A stretch of DNA of 64,000 nt from Prochlorococcus sp. AG-409-L18 (GCA_003215535.1 QCKG01000004.1:51496-115495), one strand, 5' to 3'; counted from the first letter of the stretch, positions 20,135 to 31,883 are shown. Notes: a model not told the origin generated them from the letters alone. Numbers and translations: made by a program.

Positions 20135-23100
20135 TTAGAACCTATAAAAAACTTGTAACTGACTTTGCCAAGTTCCATTCTTGTCAAGTGAGCCAAGTAC
20201 TCCAACTGTAGGGGTCATTTGATAAGTCAGTGTCCCTTGAGGAGGGATGTCCTTCCGATTAGGGGTAGAAAGAACGGAAAAGTTAAAGCGGTTAGTTAAG
20301 TCAATTCCAATCTCGGTCACCCAAGCTTGCTGAGAGGTTAACTGGCCTGGCGTTTGTTCAGGATTAGTAGATTGATTATCCGCACTCTTGTCTGTCACCT
20401 TAGGACTAGTGATGTAGGCAGGATATAAAGCTACTTGCAATCTCTCATTAAAAGCCCCACTAATAGTTCCCAACACGGGAGAGATTAAAGATTTACTCAA
20501 TACATTAGCCAGAACCTCGCTTTGATTACCTCCCAATAATCGAGCCAAAGAGTTTCCTCCTATAAGGCCATAAAGCTGAGCCCTTGACATTGGGGGAGTA
20601 CTTCGCAATTCAAAGTTTTCAGACAAACGATCAGCTGGACCGGTAGCTGTAACGACAACCTTGACAAAACGAGATCCGCCAATCCCCAATGCACTGGAGC
20701 CATTTGTAGCAAAATCGCTAGATGAAGAAAGATTGGTTCGATCTCTTACACTCTCTGGAACACGACTTGTCATAGTCACATCTAAAAAAGGAACCAACCC
20801 TAATGAAGGGGCAAAAATTGCCACATTTGGCGCACGTCTATCTAGATTAAAAGTAGTCGTAAATAAGTTAACTCGTCCGTTCTTAAGACGAACAACTCCA
20901 CTTGCTCTTAGTGTTTGATCGATTGGTCCATTCAATATGAGTACACCTGTGGCATTAAAATTAGCCAAAGGCTGAGAAGATATCCTCAGATTAGGTCCCA
21001 ATCTAAGCTTTAAATTATCGAAACCTACTGAACGAATTTTGAGAGGTTTAGTCTTAGGTAAATTGTTTTTTGAAGATTGAACATATTGTCCCAACAAATC
21101 AAGAGGTTCTCTGAAGTCCCAGCTTTGTTCAGGTAATGACAAAGACTTCTCAGGTCCTTTAATTAAAGATGCAGTTGAATTGCTATTAGATCCATTACGC
21201 CCAAAACCAGATCTCATTGGGAAAATGGAGCCGTCTTTGATAGTAAGCTCTCCTCCTAACAAGGGCTTAACTAATGCACCTTTCACATTCAGACTGGCCT
21301 CTACTTCAACATTGGCGATAGGCAATTTAAATGGAACCTTGCGCATCTCAACAGCGAGCGGGTTACTCTCAGTTGACTCCCTAAACAATCCAATCCCCCC
21401 TTTGGCTCGCACAATTCCATTAGTTGCAATGCGTCCATCAAAGTTCTGAACTTCCAAACGATTGAAATCGAAAATTACAGAGGTATCCAGCTCCTTGACT
21501 ACCTCATCCATAACAACTAACTCACCATTTCGTATAACCCAATAGCCATTAGCTATTGGGTTATCGAGAGTTCCTCTAATTAGCAGCCTGAAATCCGAGG
21601 TGCCTGATTTCCAATTAACAATTCCATCACTCAATCCATCTAAAAACCTAAGCCCATCTCCATGGCTCTCGACTCGTAGATCTATAGGAGAACTGGCTTG
21701 TAAAGGCAATTGCCCAACTACCTTTATAGATTCCTTGGACTTAGCGCTTCGAAGCGCTAAGTCCATTTTTAAAAGTGCGTCCGAAAGAAAAACCTTTCCT
21801 CGCTCCAGAACCAATGAAGTTTCATCTAATCTCGCGTCATCAAGAATTAAATCAGCAGATATATCAGGGTTTCCTTTGCCTAAGCGATATTTACCAGCAA
21901 GACCTAACATGCCATTAAGGGAAGAAGGAACAGGCGCAAACAGAGAAAGTAATGAGAAAGGAATATTAAGGACAGAAAATTCACCTTCTCCAACTCTAAG
22001 AGGAGCTTTTAGAGTTACAACGAAAGGTTCGACATTCTCGGCCAATCCTTGTTGGTTATTAGGCCAAAGATATCCATTTACTTTTAAGTTCATCTTTAAA
22101 TTAGCCAAGCTAGGGCCCTCAAGCTCAATGTCTGCATTAATCTTTCCATCCAATTCATCTGGATTAATTATTCTTTTGCGTCGATTAAGTAGCTGGTTTT
22201 TTCTTAATGACAACTTTGCTTGAGATAAGACCTCAAGCTGCCTATCAATTGATTCTTTAAACGTTTGAGTAATGAGCTCACCAAAATCGATCGAGCGACC
22301 ATTTGATGCAAGATCTATCGAGTCGATTTTTGGAATTTCATAGGCGGTATCTATAAGCCATCGGGCGTTGATTTCATTCGCCTGAAGCTTTGCTTTTACT
22401 TCACCCCCCATACGACCTTCTGCAAGTAAAGAAACTTTCCCGCTATCTGGGGGAACCAACTGACCACTTATTTGATAATTCTCTTCAGAGACCACTCCCT
22501 TAATCTGAGCTTCTTTTAAGCGAAGGCCCATCACTCGTGGATATCTCAAAGTAACTTCACCATCAATTAAGAGTGGCTGCATCACAAAACCACCTCGCCC
22601 ACTAACCTCTCCAAAGATTCGCTTGAAGCTTTTTTTAAGCGGTATAGCTACTTCCACTCGATCCAACCTAAAATCGTCAACATCCCAGAGGTAGGCACCC
22701 TCAAGTTCTTTTGCTGAGATTCGTCCACCCAAACGCCTTACCGTTAAGTCATTCAATCCCCAATTGCTTCTAAATGTTGCAGAAAGACTTCCTGGAACAG
22801 CTGCCCCAACTGAAGCCATCTGAAGGCTACCGCCAGAGCCAAAGGTACCTGCAAACTCTCCACGCCATTCCTCCTGCAATCTGAGTCCACTAAACTGAGG
22901 ATTGACTAGGCCTAAAGAAAGCTTTGTGCTAAGCGAGGAAAGGGGGCCACTAATTTGACCTTTAGCTGTAAAGCTTCCTGCTATAGAGGCCCCAAAAGTC
23001 GAGCCAATATGAGCCAAAGGGAACGAATCAAGAATAAGATTCGACCTTAATTCTCCAACGTCTATTGATCCGTTGTCATACTTCAATGGCAAACTTGCAT

Positions 23101-24100
23101 CTATTTTAAGTTCTGGAGAATTAAACTCCTTCAATCGAAGCAAACCAGTCAAAGCCAAAGGCATCCTGGATGACTGGTTTAGAGGGACATTACCATTTAA
23201 CGTTGCAGTCCAAGGTCCGTAATCCCAGCGACTTGGAGGGAGTTCGAACCTCTTGTCTCTGCAACTAATACTTGTTTTTTTTGAAGACAATGACTCCTTC
23301 AGTAGCCCACCTCGCAAAGCAAAATCGACCAGAGTAATTCCACCTTTGCAATTGACCTGCCCCTGTTTGAGCCCTAATTGAATCTCACCTTCGACTTTTC
23401 CTCGAGTCCTAAAAGATGGCTCATCATGGAAAAGCCCATCGAGAGTATTTAACCTTAGGCGATTAAAACGAGCCTTGGCATTGAGTTCTAAACGGTCCCA
23501 ATACCCTTGACCTTTCAAAGATAAACTTCCCCCATCTGGGAACCCCAATTGAAGTGAGCCAATAGCTCTTTTTTCAAACATTTGAACAGTCGTACGAGCT
23601 CTCGCAGTCAGTTCAAGATTGGAAGGTCTTATATGAAACTTTGCAGGCTCAGTCAATCGAATTCTCAAATCAACTTTAGGAGCAAGTTCTCCCTTAGTCG
23701 CACCTAGAACCCAATATGATCCCTTGCTATTCGGAATTAAATTAAAAATTGTCCCTTGGGGTCGAATAATTGCAACAGGACGCAACCTGAAAAGACTTGC
23801 AAATGGTGCAAAATTAACTGTAATTCCAGAAAACTCTGCCGTAGATTTATCGTCGCCCCCAGCCAACAACCGAGTAGGTCCTATAGCTAATCCCCAAAAT
23901 CTCAAACCCTTATAAGGGCCAAGTTTAAGAGGATGACCTAACGGTTCAGCAAGTTCTTTCTCAATCTGAGTACTAAAATGGGGAAATATTCTCGAAAGAA
24001 CACGATCAGTTGCGACCCAAGCAAGTACTCCTCCAAAAAGGATTAGAGCCCCTGTGAGCCTCCAACGAATTAATTTTAAGGATCCGATCTTTACTCCGAT
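20135..24100 (-). CDS. TamB-like translocation and assembly module protein (DUF490 C-terminus), at least 1256 aa
   Basis: Giant beta-rich ORF ending in an aromatic C-terminus (...LQVFYRF). The reading frame stays open to 24109. The segment 23906-24109 encodes the expected basic-plus-TM signal anchor (KLIRWRLTGALILFGGVLAWVATD) but holds no ATG/GTG/TTG, so the start is probably ATC/ATT between 24068 and 24106. Confidence 0.8.
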   Translation of the reverse strand: MGVKIGSLKLIRWRLTGALILFGGVLAWVATDRVLSRIFPHFSTQIEKELAEPLGHPLKLGPYKGLRFWGLAIGPTRLLAGGDDKSTAEFSGITVNFAPFASLFRLRPVAIIRPQGTIFNLIPNSKGSYWVLGATKGELAPKVDLRIRLTEPAKFHIRPSNLELTARARTTVQMFEKRAIGSLQLGFPDGGSLSLKGQGYWDRLELNAKARFNRLRLNTLDGLFHDEPSFRTRGKVEGEIQLGLKQGQVNCKGGITLVDFALRGGLLKESLSSKKTSISCRDKRFELPPSRWDYGPWTATLNGNVPLNQSSRMPLALTGLLRLKEFNSPELKIDASLPLKYDNGSIDVGELRSNLILDSFPLAHIGSTFGASIAGSFTAKGQISGPLSSLSTKLSLGLVNPQFSGLRLQEEWRGEFAGTFGSGGSLQMASVGAAVPGSLSATFRSNWGLNDLTVRRLGGRISAKELEGAYLWDVDDFRLDRVEVAIPLKKSFKRIFGEVSGRGGFVMQPLLIDGEVTLRYPRVMGLRLKEAQIKGVVSEENYQISGQLVPPDSGKVSLLAEGRMGGEVKAKLQANEINARWLIDTAYEIPKIDSIDLASNGRSIDFGELITQTFKESIDRQLEVLSQAKLSLRKNQLLNRRKRIINPDELDGKINADIELEGPSLANLKMNLKVNGYLWPNNQQGLAENVEPFVVTLKAPLRVGEGEFSVLNIPFSLLSLFAPVPSSLNGMLGLAGKYRLGKGNPDISADLILDDARLDETSLVLERGKVFLSDALLKMDLALRSAKSKESIKVVGQLPLQASSPIDLRVESHGDGLRFLDGLSDGIVNWKSGTSDFRLLIRGTLDNPIANGYWVIRNGELVVMDEVVKELDTSVIFDFNRLEVQNFDGRIATNGIVRAKGGIGLFRESTESNPLAVEMRKVPFKLPIANVEVEASLNVKGALVKPLLGGELTIKDGSIFPMRSGFGRNGSNSNSTASLIKGPEKSLSLPEQSWDFREPLDLLGQYVQSSKNNLPKTKPLKIRSVGFDNLKLRLGPNLRISSQPLANFNATGVLILNGPIDQTLRASGVVRLKNGRVNLFTTTFNLDRRAPNVAIFAPSLGLVPFLDVTMTSRVPESVRDRTNLSSSSDFATNGSSALGIGGSRFVKVVVTATGPADRLSENFELRSTPPMSRAQLYGLIGGNSLARLLGGNQSEVLANVLSKSLISPVLGTISGAFNERLQVALYPAYITSPKVTDKSADNQSTNPEQTPGQLTSQQAWVTEIGIDLTNRFNFSVLSTPNRKDIPPQGTLTYQMTPTVGVLGSLDKNGTWQSQLQVFYRF

Positions 24101-24153
24101 AGTGATTAATCAACAATCGAGGGAGTAAACGAACTATAAGAAGTTAATGTGAT

Positions 24154-24681
24154 GTGCACCAGCCCATGCCCCTAACTGAATTACTCGAGGCCTCAACCAC
24201 TTGGTTCGCTTGGGCAGGGATAGGCCTAGGAGTTCTTACCTTGATTTCCTTCTTGGCAGGTTGGGGGATCAAATTCCGACTAGTAGGGACAACCGTTTTC
24301 ACCTTATTATTGGCTGGAAGCACCTGGGCTTTCACTGCAAGTTATTCCCCACCATTTAAGGTTGAAGGAGCCAAATATGCCCCAGTTGTTTATGACAACG
24401 GAATCGACCTCATAGTTGCCCAAGCTTCTCAAGACTTCCCCAAAGAAGCAATTCAACCCACTTTGGAACAAATAGCTGGGAACCTAAAAGGTGCTGGAAG
24501 AGATAAAGATGTGCATATTCGCCTTAGGCAAGTTCAGCCATTCGCGAAAGGAATTAGCAACCCGGTTGTACTTGGAGAGGTAATTAGAGATATTCGTCTT
24601 AAGACAACATTTCCAATTACTAAGCCAAATAACAATCATGAATCAACCTCTGAACAAACTGCCAAAGAACTTACGAGATGA
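24154..24681 (+). CDS. Conserved cyanobacterial membrane protein (possibly Ycf51/DUF2518-like)
   Basis: 175 aa with two N-terminal TM helices followed by a soluble domain. The family name comes from memory only. Confidence 0.4.
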   Translation: MHQPMPLTELLEASTTWFAWAGIGLGVLTLISFLAGWGIKFRLVGTTVFTLLLAGSTWAFTASYSPPFKVEGAKYAPVVYDNGIDLIVAQASQDFPKEAIQPTLEQIAGNLKGAGRDKDVHIRLRQVQPFAKGISNPVVLGEVIRDIRLKTTFPITKPNNNHESTSEQTAKELTR

Positions 24682-25036
24682 GGAAAAAAAACTCCGGCAG
24701 AAAGGTATTTCCACATGGGAAGAGATTAAAAATTTAGACGACGAAGAAATCAATGTGCTCGCTGAAAACAGTCTTTGCACAGTTCAAAACTTCAATCGAC
24801 TTCGAGGAATGGCCTCAATTATTTGTGAAATTCAAATTTCACAAAAAGATGCTGCCTTATTAATGCATTCAGGAGTTGCCTCCCTAAAAGCTCTCGCCGG
24901 ATTAACTCCTGAGCAACTTGTACGCCAAACCGGTCGACTAGAAAGGCAATTAATTTCTGGCAACAAACCATCTTTAGAACTAGCCGAAGCTCATTACTTA
25001 ATTCAACAAGCAAAAAAGAGGCAAATACTGAACTGA
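24638..25036 (+). CDS. Hypothetical protein, helix-hairpin-helix / DUF4332-like
   Basis: 132-aa ORF with two HhH-like repeats (ISTWEEIKNLDDEEINVLA; GVASLKALAGLTPEQLVRQTG). It overlaps the preceding ORF by 44 nt in another frame, so the start is uncertain. Confidence 0.45.
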   Translation: MNQPLNKLPKNLRDEEKKLRQKGISTWEEIKNLDDEEINVLAENSLCTVQNFNRLRGMASIICEIQISQKDAALLMHSGVASLKALAGLTPEQLVRQTGRLERQLISGNKPSLELAEAHYLIQQAKKRQILN

Positions 25037-25101
25037 CCTAAGCAATCCCAATAAATTGCTGATCAGGTCTCAAATAGAAACATCACTAAAAACGAAGGAA
25101 A

Positions 25102-25368
25102 ATGCGCTACTTCCTTGCGTTAAGCCTTTTGATTTTGACCCCAGCAATAGAGACCAGAGCCCAATCCACACTGCTTCAAAGTGTGAAAAGGAACCCAGAA
25201 GAAGCGTTAGCTCTATGCGAAAAATTCAGAGCTCTTAATAAAAAAGGGATTTCAGCCCGTTCCGAAGAAGCTTTAAAAGAGGTATCTCGAAAAAAGAATC
25301 TAAGTAAAATTGATGCTGAAATTCTTTCGTTATATGTGATTGGTCTGAACTGCCCAGATGTCAACTAA
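25102..25368 (+). CDS. Small secreted hypothetical protein
   Basis: 88 aa with a clear signal peptide MRYFLALSLLILTPAIETRA/QS and a helical, basic mature part containing two Cys. Confidence 0.5.
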   Translation: MRYFLALSLLILTPAIETRAQSTLLQSVKRNPEEALALCEKFRALNKKGISARSEEALKEVSRKKNLSKIDAEILSLYVIGLNCPDVN

Positions 25369-26995
25369 AAGAATCAACACCATCGATTCAGTCTGCTGGA
25401 GAGACGCAACTCTTACGCTCAAAGATGATACAAACCTCGTTTCAAGGCTTTGGACTCCTAACAAGAGTGGTTCTTGGCCTGCACTTTTAATGCGACAACC
25501 CTATGGGAGAGAAATCGCATCAACGGTGACCTATCTACATCCTGCATGGTGGGCGAGTCATGGGTATTTAGTAGTAATTCAAGACGTAAGAGGTCAAGGG
25601 GGATCTAGCGGAAGCTTCTCTGGTTTCAGTCAAGAAGCATTAGATACAACTGAAACCCACAAATGGGTTAGAGCTTTACCTGAATGCAATGGAAAGTTAG
25701 GCACCTATGGCTTTTCCTATCAAGGCCTAACTCAATTAGTTGCGAAAGAAGGAACACCCCCTCCAGAGTGCATGGCCCCAGCAATGACAGGCCTAAGTGA
25801 AAAAGAACACTGGAGTTCGGATGGGGGGGCATTTTGGTGGCACATAGGTCTTTCTTGGGGATTGCAGCTAGCTGCGTTAAAAGCACGCAGAATTAAGGAC
25901 TGGCAAACATGGGAAATACTTCGTAGAAGCCTTGAAGATGGAAGCTATCTAAGGGATGGCCCTTTGCTTCTTGAAAAATATGATTGCGAAGGAATGGTTT
26001 TCGATTGGCTTAAACGTTCTAAAGAAAGCCAATCAAATTGGAAAACCCACAAAGCCTTAGAAAGCTGGCTTAAGCAACCAATTCTTCTAATTGGAGGGTG
26101 GTGGGACCCACATCTCAAAGGGATACTTGATCTTTACAAACAATCAACTTTGGCAGGCGGCAATCCTGAAATTCATATCGGGCCAGCCAGTCATCTTGAC
26201 TGGTGGGAAGAAGTACAACAAATACACCTAGATTTCTTTAATCGAAATCTAAAAGATACACCAACTAAAGCTCCTCTAAAAGAACGACATTTCCTATGGA
26301 ACATAACTAATAAGCAATGGCAAAATTCAATACATAACTACAGAGAAGGAAGTTACCCAGCGTGGGGACTTGTGAGCAATGGAAGAGCTTGCATGGACTC
26401 CAATGATGGCCAATTAATATCAAACTCCAAAGGTGGTGGGACAGAGCATCTTGTACATGATCCATGGCGACCAGTACCAGCTATAGGAGGCCACCTAAGC
26501 ACTTCTCCAGGAATAAAAGACAGAAAATCTTTGGATCTTCGTTCTGATGTCGCCACATTCACCAGTCCAGAATTAACAAAAGCAATACATCTAGAAGGAA
26601 TTCCATCCCTCCAGTTAATAGTTGAAGCTGATCAAAAAGGATTTGACATTTGTGTAGCTCTCTCAAGGATAAATAGAACAAAAGACAAAGTCGAACAACT
26701 CTCTACAGGTTTTTTAAGAGTCCTTGGTGACCAGGCCTTGCAATCACAAGAAAGAAAAGTAACTTTGCAAGCAATCCTCGCAGAAATCCAAGAGGGCGAA
26801 CAACTGCGCATTTCTATTGCTGGAGCAGCTTGGCCGGCAATAGGAATCAATCCAGGGAACGACCATCAAATATGCAAAGCTCCTTGTCCTCATTGCCTAG
26901 TTATCACAATGAAAATCGAACTTTTTCAATCTAAACTTGAAATCTTGCCTCTTTTCTCCCAAAAGGGCTTACACGATTTGCGCAAACCGGCGTAA
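25358..26995 (+). CDS. CocE/NonD-family hydrolase (X-Pro dipeptidyl-peptidase S15-like)
   Basis: 545 aa. Alpha/beta hydrolase N-domain with nucleophile motif GTYGFSYQG and a C-terminal jelly-roll-like domain, as in the CocE/NonD family. Confidence 0.7.
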   Translation: MSTKRINTIDSVCWRDATLTLKDDTNLVSRLWTPNKSGSWPALLMRQPYGREIASTVTYLHPAWWASHGYLVVIQDVRGQGGSSGSFSGFSQEALDTTETHKWVRALPECNGKLGTYGFSYQGLTQLVAKEGTPPPECMAPAMTGLSEKEHWSSDGGAFWWHIGLSWGLQLAALKARRIKDWQTWEILRRSLEDGSYLRDGPLLLEKYDCEGMVFDWLKRSKESQSNWKTHKALESWLKQPILLIGGWWDPHLKGILDLYKQSTLAGGNPEIHIGPASHLDWWEEVQQIHLDFFNRNLKDTPTKAPLKERHFLWNITNKQWQNSIHNYREGSYPAWGLVSNGRACMDSNDGQLISNSKGGGTEHLVHDPWRPVPAIGGHLSTSPGIKDRKSLDLRSDVATFTSPELTKAIHLEGIPSLQLIVEADQKGFDICVALSRINRTKDKVEQLSTGFLRVLGDQALQSQERKVTLQAILAEIQEGEQLRISIAGAAWPAIGINPGNDHQICKAPCPHCLVITMKIELFQSKLEILPLFSQKGLHDLRKPA

Positions 26996-27022
26996 GCTCA
27001 CACATTGATTTGCCCTTCACCC

Positions 27023-29317
27023 ATGGTCACCAGTGTTTCATTTGACTGGATGGCGGAAGAAGGAAAAAAACTTGCCGAATGTAGGCATGCAGATCCTTTT
27101 GCTGTTCTCGGTCCTCAACCACATGATGGCAACTGGATAGTGCGCGTATGGATGCCTGAAGCCAACGAAGTAAAGCTTCTTACTAATGGCAGTTCATCTG
27201 TCATGACTAATCATCAACACCCTTGGATTTTCGAGACGGTTCTCAAAGCTGACCCTGGCAGCGATTACCACCTAAAGGTCAAACGTGGTGGTGTTGAACA
27301 TGAGCAAAAAGATCCTTGGTCCTTTAGAGAGGAATGGATGGGAGAAATAGATAATCATCTATTTGCCGAAGGAAATCATCACCATATTTGGAAGCGCATG
27401 GGAGCGCACATCATTGAGAACAAAGGAGTTAAAGGGGTAATGTTCTGCTTATGGGCTCCAAATGCTCGAAGCGTCTCGATAATAGGAGAGTTCAACACAT
27501 GGGATGGGAGGCACCACCCCATGCAAAAACGTCAGGGTGGGATATGGGAATTATTTATTCCAGAGTTAAAAGAAGGCTCTCTATATAAATTCGAAATTCG
27601 AACTCAACAAGGACATTGCTATCAAAAAGCAGATCCCTATGGTTTTCAACATGAGGTAAGGCCAGCGACTAGCTCCCTAGTCTCCAAACTGAATAGTTAT
27701 AAATGGGAAGATAAAGAATGGATGCTAAAACGTGACAATAGAAATGCCCTAGATCAACCAATATCAATATATGAAGTACATCTAGGGAGCTGGATGCATG
27801 CAGCAATCAAAGATCCCTATATTGAACCAAATGGAGATTCAAGAACTCCTGTTCCAGCAGCTGATTTAAAGCCAGGGGCAAGATTACTTACATATGCAGA
27901 ATTAGCAGAAAAACTTATCAAGTATGTCAAAGAAAGAGGGTTTACTCATATTGAGTTAATGCCAATCTCCGAGCATCCATTTGATGGATCCTGGGGATAT
28001 CAAGTCACAGGTTGGTATGCACCTTCAAGCAGATATGGAACTCCCAATGAATTTCGTCAATTTATTGATCGTTGTCATGCAGAAGGTATCGGAATAATTC
28101 TTGATTGGGTTCCTGGTCACTTCCCAAAAGATGGTCATGGACTTGCATTCTTTGATGGATCTCATTTATATGAACATTCAGATCCAAGGATTGGAGAGCA
28201 TAAAGAATGGGGAACATTAATATTTAACTACAGTCGAAACGAAGTTAGAAATTTCCTTGTTGCAAATTTAGTTTATTGGTTTGAGCAGTTTCATATTGAT
28301 GGCATTCGTGTTGATGCAGTTGCATCTATGCTTTATAGAGACTATCTTCGCCCTGATGGGGAATGGATACCCAATGAAGAGGGAGGACGAGAAAATACGG
28401 AGGCTGTTCTATTCCTAAAGCAAGCAAATCATGTCCTTTTTCAACATTTCCCAGGAGCATTATCAATAGCAGAAGAATCAACAACCTGGCCAATGGTTAC
28501 CAAACCAACTGATATGGGTGGACTTGGTTTTAACCTAAAATGGAATATGGGTTGGATGCACGATATGTTGGATTATTTTGAGTTGGATCCTTGGTTTAGG
28601 CAATTTCATCAGAACAATATTACATTTTCAATTTGGTATAATTACACTGAGAATTTCATGCTCGCTCTAAGTCATGATGAAGTAGTGCATGGCAAGAGTC
28701 ATATTCTCCAAAAGATGCCTGGAGATGATTGGCAGAAATACGCAAATACTCGCGCATTACTTGCATATATGTGGACACATCCTGGGAAGAAAACTATCTT
28801 TATGGGCATGGAGTTTGGACAACGTCAAGAATGGAATGTATGGGGTGATCTTGAGTGGAACCTTCTAAAATATGAACCTCACAAAGGCATACAAAAACTA
28901 GTAGATGACCTGAACCATCTTTATAAGTCTGAGCCTGCTCTTTGGAAGGATGATTTTGATCAATATGGATTCCAATGGATCGACTGTACTGACAATCGTC
29001 ACTCTGTAATTAGTTTCATGAGGAGAGAGCATCAAAATGGTGAATGGCTTGTAGTAGTTGCCAACTTCACTCCAGAAACTCATTCTGGCTACAGAATAGG
29101 TGTTCCCAAAGCTGGTTTCTACGAAGAAGTCCTAAATACAGATGGGTCTCTTTATGGGGGTAGCAATCTTGGCAACATGGGAGGAAAAGCTACTGATGAA
29201 TGGAATATTCATGGCTACGAGCATTCCCTAAATATTTGCCTTCCTCCCCTAAGTGTCTTGGTGTTTAAGCATCAGAAAAATAAAGTAAACAGCCCTCCAG
29301 GACCCAAAAAGGTGTGA
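27023..29317 (+). CDS. glgB: 1,4-alpha-glucan branching enzyme
   Basis: GH13 conserved regions ([37 protein letters not shown]). The ORF track starts at TTG 27005, but ATG 27023 (MVTSVSFDW...) is more likely. Confidence 0.93.
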   Translation: MVTSVSFDWMAEEGKKLAECRHADPFAVLGPQPHDGNWIVRVWMPEANEVKLLTNGSSSVMTNHQHPWIFETVLKADPGSDYHLKVKRGGVEHEQKDPWSFREEWMGEIDNHLFAEGNHHHIWKRMGAHIIENKGVKGVMFCLWAPNARSVSIIGEFNTWDGRHHPMQKRQGGIWELFIPELKEGSLYKFEIRTQQGHCYQKADPYGFQHEVRPATSSLVSKLNSYKWEDKEWMLKRDNRNALDQPISIYEVHLGSWMHAAIKDPYIEPNGDSRTPVPAADLKPGARLLTYAELAEKLIKYVKERGFTHIELMPISEHPFDGSWGYQVTGWYAPSSRYGTPNEFRQFIDRCHAEGIGIILDWVPGHFPKDGHGLAFFDGSHLYEHSDPRIGEHKEWGTLIFNYSRNEVRNFLVANLVYWFEQFHIDGIRVDAVASMLYRDYLRPDGEWIPNEEGGRENTEAVLFLKQANHVLFQHFPGALSIAEESTTWPMVTKPTDMGGLGFNLKWNMGWMHDMLDYFELDPWFRQFHQNNITFSIWYNYTENFMLALSHDEVVHGKSHILQKMPGDDWQKYANTRALLAYMWTHPGKKTIFMGMEFGQRQEWNVWGDLEWNLLKYEPHKGIQKLVDDLNHLYKSEPALWKDDFDQYGFQWIDCTDNRHSVISFMRREHQNGEWLVVVANFTPETHSGYRIGVPKAGFYEEVLNTDGSLYGGSNLGNMGGKATDEWNIHGYEHSLNICLPPLSVLVFKHQKNKVNSPPGPKKV

Positions 29318-29396
29318 CGAAGATCCATCCTCTATTTATCAAGCTAGCCCAATAGGAACAGCCTCAAGTAAGTTTTCACCATAAGAACCTCAACAA

Positions 29397-30455
29397 ATGA
29401 GCGAAGTCCTACCTCTATTGCTCCGAGCTGCACGAGGTGAATCAGTTGAACGCCCTCCCGTGTGGATGATGCGCCAAGCAGGCAGATACATGAAAATCTA
29501 TCGGGACCTAAGAGACAGGTATCCAAGCTTCAGAGAACGCTCAGAGAACCCTGATCTCTCCTACGAGATCTCAATGCAGCCCTTTAATGCATTCCATCCT
29601 GATGGGGTAATCCTTTTTTCTGACATCCTCACACCGCTTCCAGGGATGGGAATTAACTTTGACATCATTGAAAGTAAAGGCCCAATCATCCAGGAACCTA
29701 TTCGTGAACTAAAGCAAGTCAAAGAATTAAGGGAACTAGAGCCAAAAGAAACAATGCCTTTTGTAGGAGAGGTTTTAGGGAGACTACGGCAAAGCGTTGG
29801 CAATCAAGCTGCTGTATTGGGCTTTGTTGGAGCCCCTTGGACACTTGCTGCCTATGTAGTGGAAGGAAAGAGCAGCAAGAATTATGCGGTCATAAAAGCT
29901 ATGGCCTTTCAACAACCTGAGGTTTTACATGAACTCTTAGATCATTTTGCTGTCTCTATAGCAAAGTACCTTCGGTACCAAATTGATTCAGGAGCACAAG
30001 TAGTCCAAATGTTTGACTCTTGGGCAGGGCAATTAAGTCCTATCGATTACGACACCTTTGCCGCTCCCTATCAAAAGAAAGTTGTTGATCTAGTAAAGGC
30101 ATCCCACAAAGAAACACCAGTAATCCTTTACATATCTGGAAGTGCAGGTGTACTAGAAAGGATGGGACAAACTGGAGTTGATTTTGTCTCCCTTGACTGG
30201 ACGGTAGACATGGCTGACGGATGTGCCCGCTTATCAGAAAATATTGGAGTTCAGGGCAACGTCGACCCAGGACTTTTATTTGGCACTCCAAAGGCTATTA
30301 AATCTCGAATAGTGGACACTGTTCTCAAAGCCAAAGGCCGTAAACACATACTTAACCTAGGTCATGGAATATTGCCTGGAACCCCTGAGGAAAACGCGAA
30401 AGTATTCTTTGAGGCCGGGAAAAACGTCAACGAATTAATCGCCTCCAGGAATTGA
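29397..30455 (+). CDS. hemE: Uroporphyrinogen decarboxylase
   Basis: URO-D signature [13 protein letters not shown]. 352 aa. Confidence 0.95.
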   Translation: MSEVLPLLLRAARGESVERPPVWMMRQAGRYMKIYRDLRDRYPSFRERSENPDLSYEISMQPFNAFHPDGVILFSDILTPLPGMGINFDIIESKGPIIQEPIRELKQVKELRELEPKETMPFVGEVLGRLRQSVGNQAAVLGFVGAPWTLAAYVVEGKSSKNYAVIKAMAFQQPEVLHELLDHFAVSIAKYLRYQIDSGAQVVQMFDSWAGQLSPIDYDTFAAPYQKKVVDLVKASHKETPVILYISGSAGVLERMGQTGVDFVSLDWTVDMADGCARLSENIGVQGNVDPGLLFGTPKAIKSRIVDTVLKAKGRKHILNLGHGILPGTPEENAKVFFEAGKNVNELIASRN

Positions 30456-31486
30456 AACAAGAGCGAATTCTTATAACTGGAGCAAGTGGCTGTGTGGGCC
30501 AATACACAGCTAAATGGCTCTTGGAAAACTCAAATGCTGAATTGCTGCTCTGGTTAAGAACGCCCAAAAATCTAACTGCAATCCCAGAAAATCATCCACG
30601 AGTAAAGCTGCTTGTTGGAGACCTTCGCGAACCAAGAAAATTTGCCAATGATCTATATAAAGTTAATCGTGTTATTCATACAGCAACTGCCTGGGGTGAC
30701 GTCACTAGAACACATCAAGTAAACGTGTTAGCTGTAGAGGCCTTTCTGAAACTTCTGAACCCTGAAGAAATCAAACAAATAATCTACTTCTCTACTGCAA
30801 GTATTCTTGATCGGAATCTCCAACCACTTCCCGAATCACTAATCTATGGAACTGAATATATTCAAACAAAAGCAATATGTTTAAAAGAACTAGAGAAAAG
30901 TCCTCTGGCCGAGAAAATAATCGCAGTTTTTCCCACTCTTGTTTTTGGAGGCAAAGTAGATCAAACAAGTCTTTTCCCTACTAGTTATCTAACTGCAGGT
31001 CTTTCACAAGCAAGCCAATGGCTTTGGCTTGCACGCTGGTTCAAGGCATATTCCCGTTTTCATTTCATTCATGCCGCAGACATTGCACAGGTTTGTGGCC
31101 TAATAGCCACAAACCCTCATATCCAAATCAAAACCTTTGGAGACAGCTCAATAACTCGCATAGTATTAGCTCAACCATTTATTTCGATTGACGAGGCTGT
31201 AGATACACTTTGCGCATGGAAAGGGCTCAGTCGCGTACCCAGAATTCCATTATGGAATTGGTTGGTGAAGGTATTAATCAAAATTCTTCCTATTCAATTA
31301 AGTCCTTGGGACCTCTTTAGCATCAAGCAGCGTCATTTTATTCATGCTCCAATAACCAACCCTGAACATTTTGGAGGGAAAAGTCATGCCGCAACGCTTA
31401 AAGAGGTCTTGCAGGATTCTGGACTGCCGAAAACAAAAAATCCGCCAAGAGAGCTAAACTATTTGAAGACATCGCGAAATTCATGA
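30452..31486 (+). CDS. NAD-dependent epimerase/dehydratase-family (extended SDR) protein
   Basis: Rossmann motif [10 protein letters not shown] at the N-terminus. 344 aa. 4-nt overlaps with hemE and petE. Confidence 0.7.
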   Translation: MKQERILITGASGCVGQYTAKWLLENSNAELLLWLRTPKNLTAIPENHPRVKLLVGDLREPRKFANDLYKVNRVIHTATAWGDVTRTHQVNVLAVEAFLKLLNPEEIKQIIYFSTASILDRNLQPLPESLIYGTEYIQTKAICLKELEKSPLAEKIIAVFPTLVFGGKVDQTSLFPTSYLTAGLSQASQWLWLARWFKAYSRFHFIHAADIAQVCGLIATNPHIQIKTFGDSSITRIVLAQPFISIDEAVDTLCAWKGLSRVPRIPLWNWLVKVLIKILPIQLSPWDLFSIKQRHFIHAPITNPEHFGGKSHAATLKEVLQDSGLPKTKNPPRELNYLKTSRNS

Positions 31487-31842
31487 TTTCAATGCTCCGT
31501 TCCATAGCCACTGCTTGCTGTGCCTTGCTAATAGTCCTCGGCATTGGTGTTTCATCAGCTCAAGCCTCCACAGTAGAAGTCAAGCTAGGGACTGACTCTG
31601 GGATGCTTGCATTTGAACCCAGCACAATCACCATTAGTGCCGGAGACTCCGTCAAGTTTGTCAATAACAAACTTGCACCCCACAACGCAGTCTTCGATGG
31701 GCATGAAGAACTAAGCCATGCTGATCTGGCTTTTGCACCAGGTGAATCATGGGAACAGACCTTTGCTACTGCAGGTACCTATGATTTTTATTGTGAGCCC
31801 CATCGTGGAGCCGGGATGGTAGGGAAAGTAGTCGTAAAATAA
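31483..31842 (+). CDS. petE: Plastocyanin precursor
   Basis: Signal peptide plus type-1 copper ligands (PHNAVF; [16 protein letters not shown]). Confidence 0.93.
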   Translation: MISMLRSIATACCALLIVLGIGVSSAQASTVEVKLGTDSGMLAFEPSTITISAGDSVKFVNNKLAPHNAVFDGHEELSHADLAFAPGESWEQTFATAGTYDFYCEPHRGAGMVGKVVVK

Positions 31843-31883
31843 TTAAGGATGAAAGCTTAATTCAAAGAACTAATATTCTTCTT

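Noticed and set aside
21600-22223. 207-aa plus-strand ORF, along with other plus-strand ORFs at 20661-20918, 21180-21449 and 23724-23915, inside the tamB-like gene
   Set aside because: These lie entirely antisense to a long ORF that is coherent in its family pattern. Their translations are low-complexity (S/P/L/R rich) with no recognisable motif. This is typical of shadow ORFs.
24154-25036. Single gene split by a frameshift (two ORFs overlapping by 44 nt, with an A8 run at 24682-24689)
   Set aside because: The two products look like independent proteins, one a membrane protein of typical length and the other a soluble HhH-like protein. The overlap more probably reflects an uncertain start for the second ORF.
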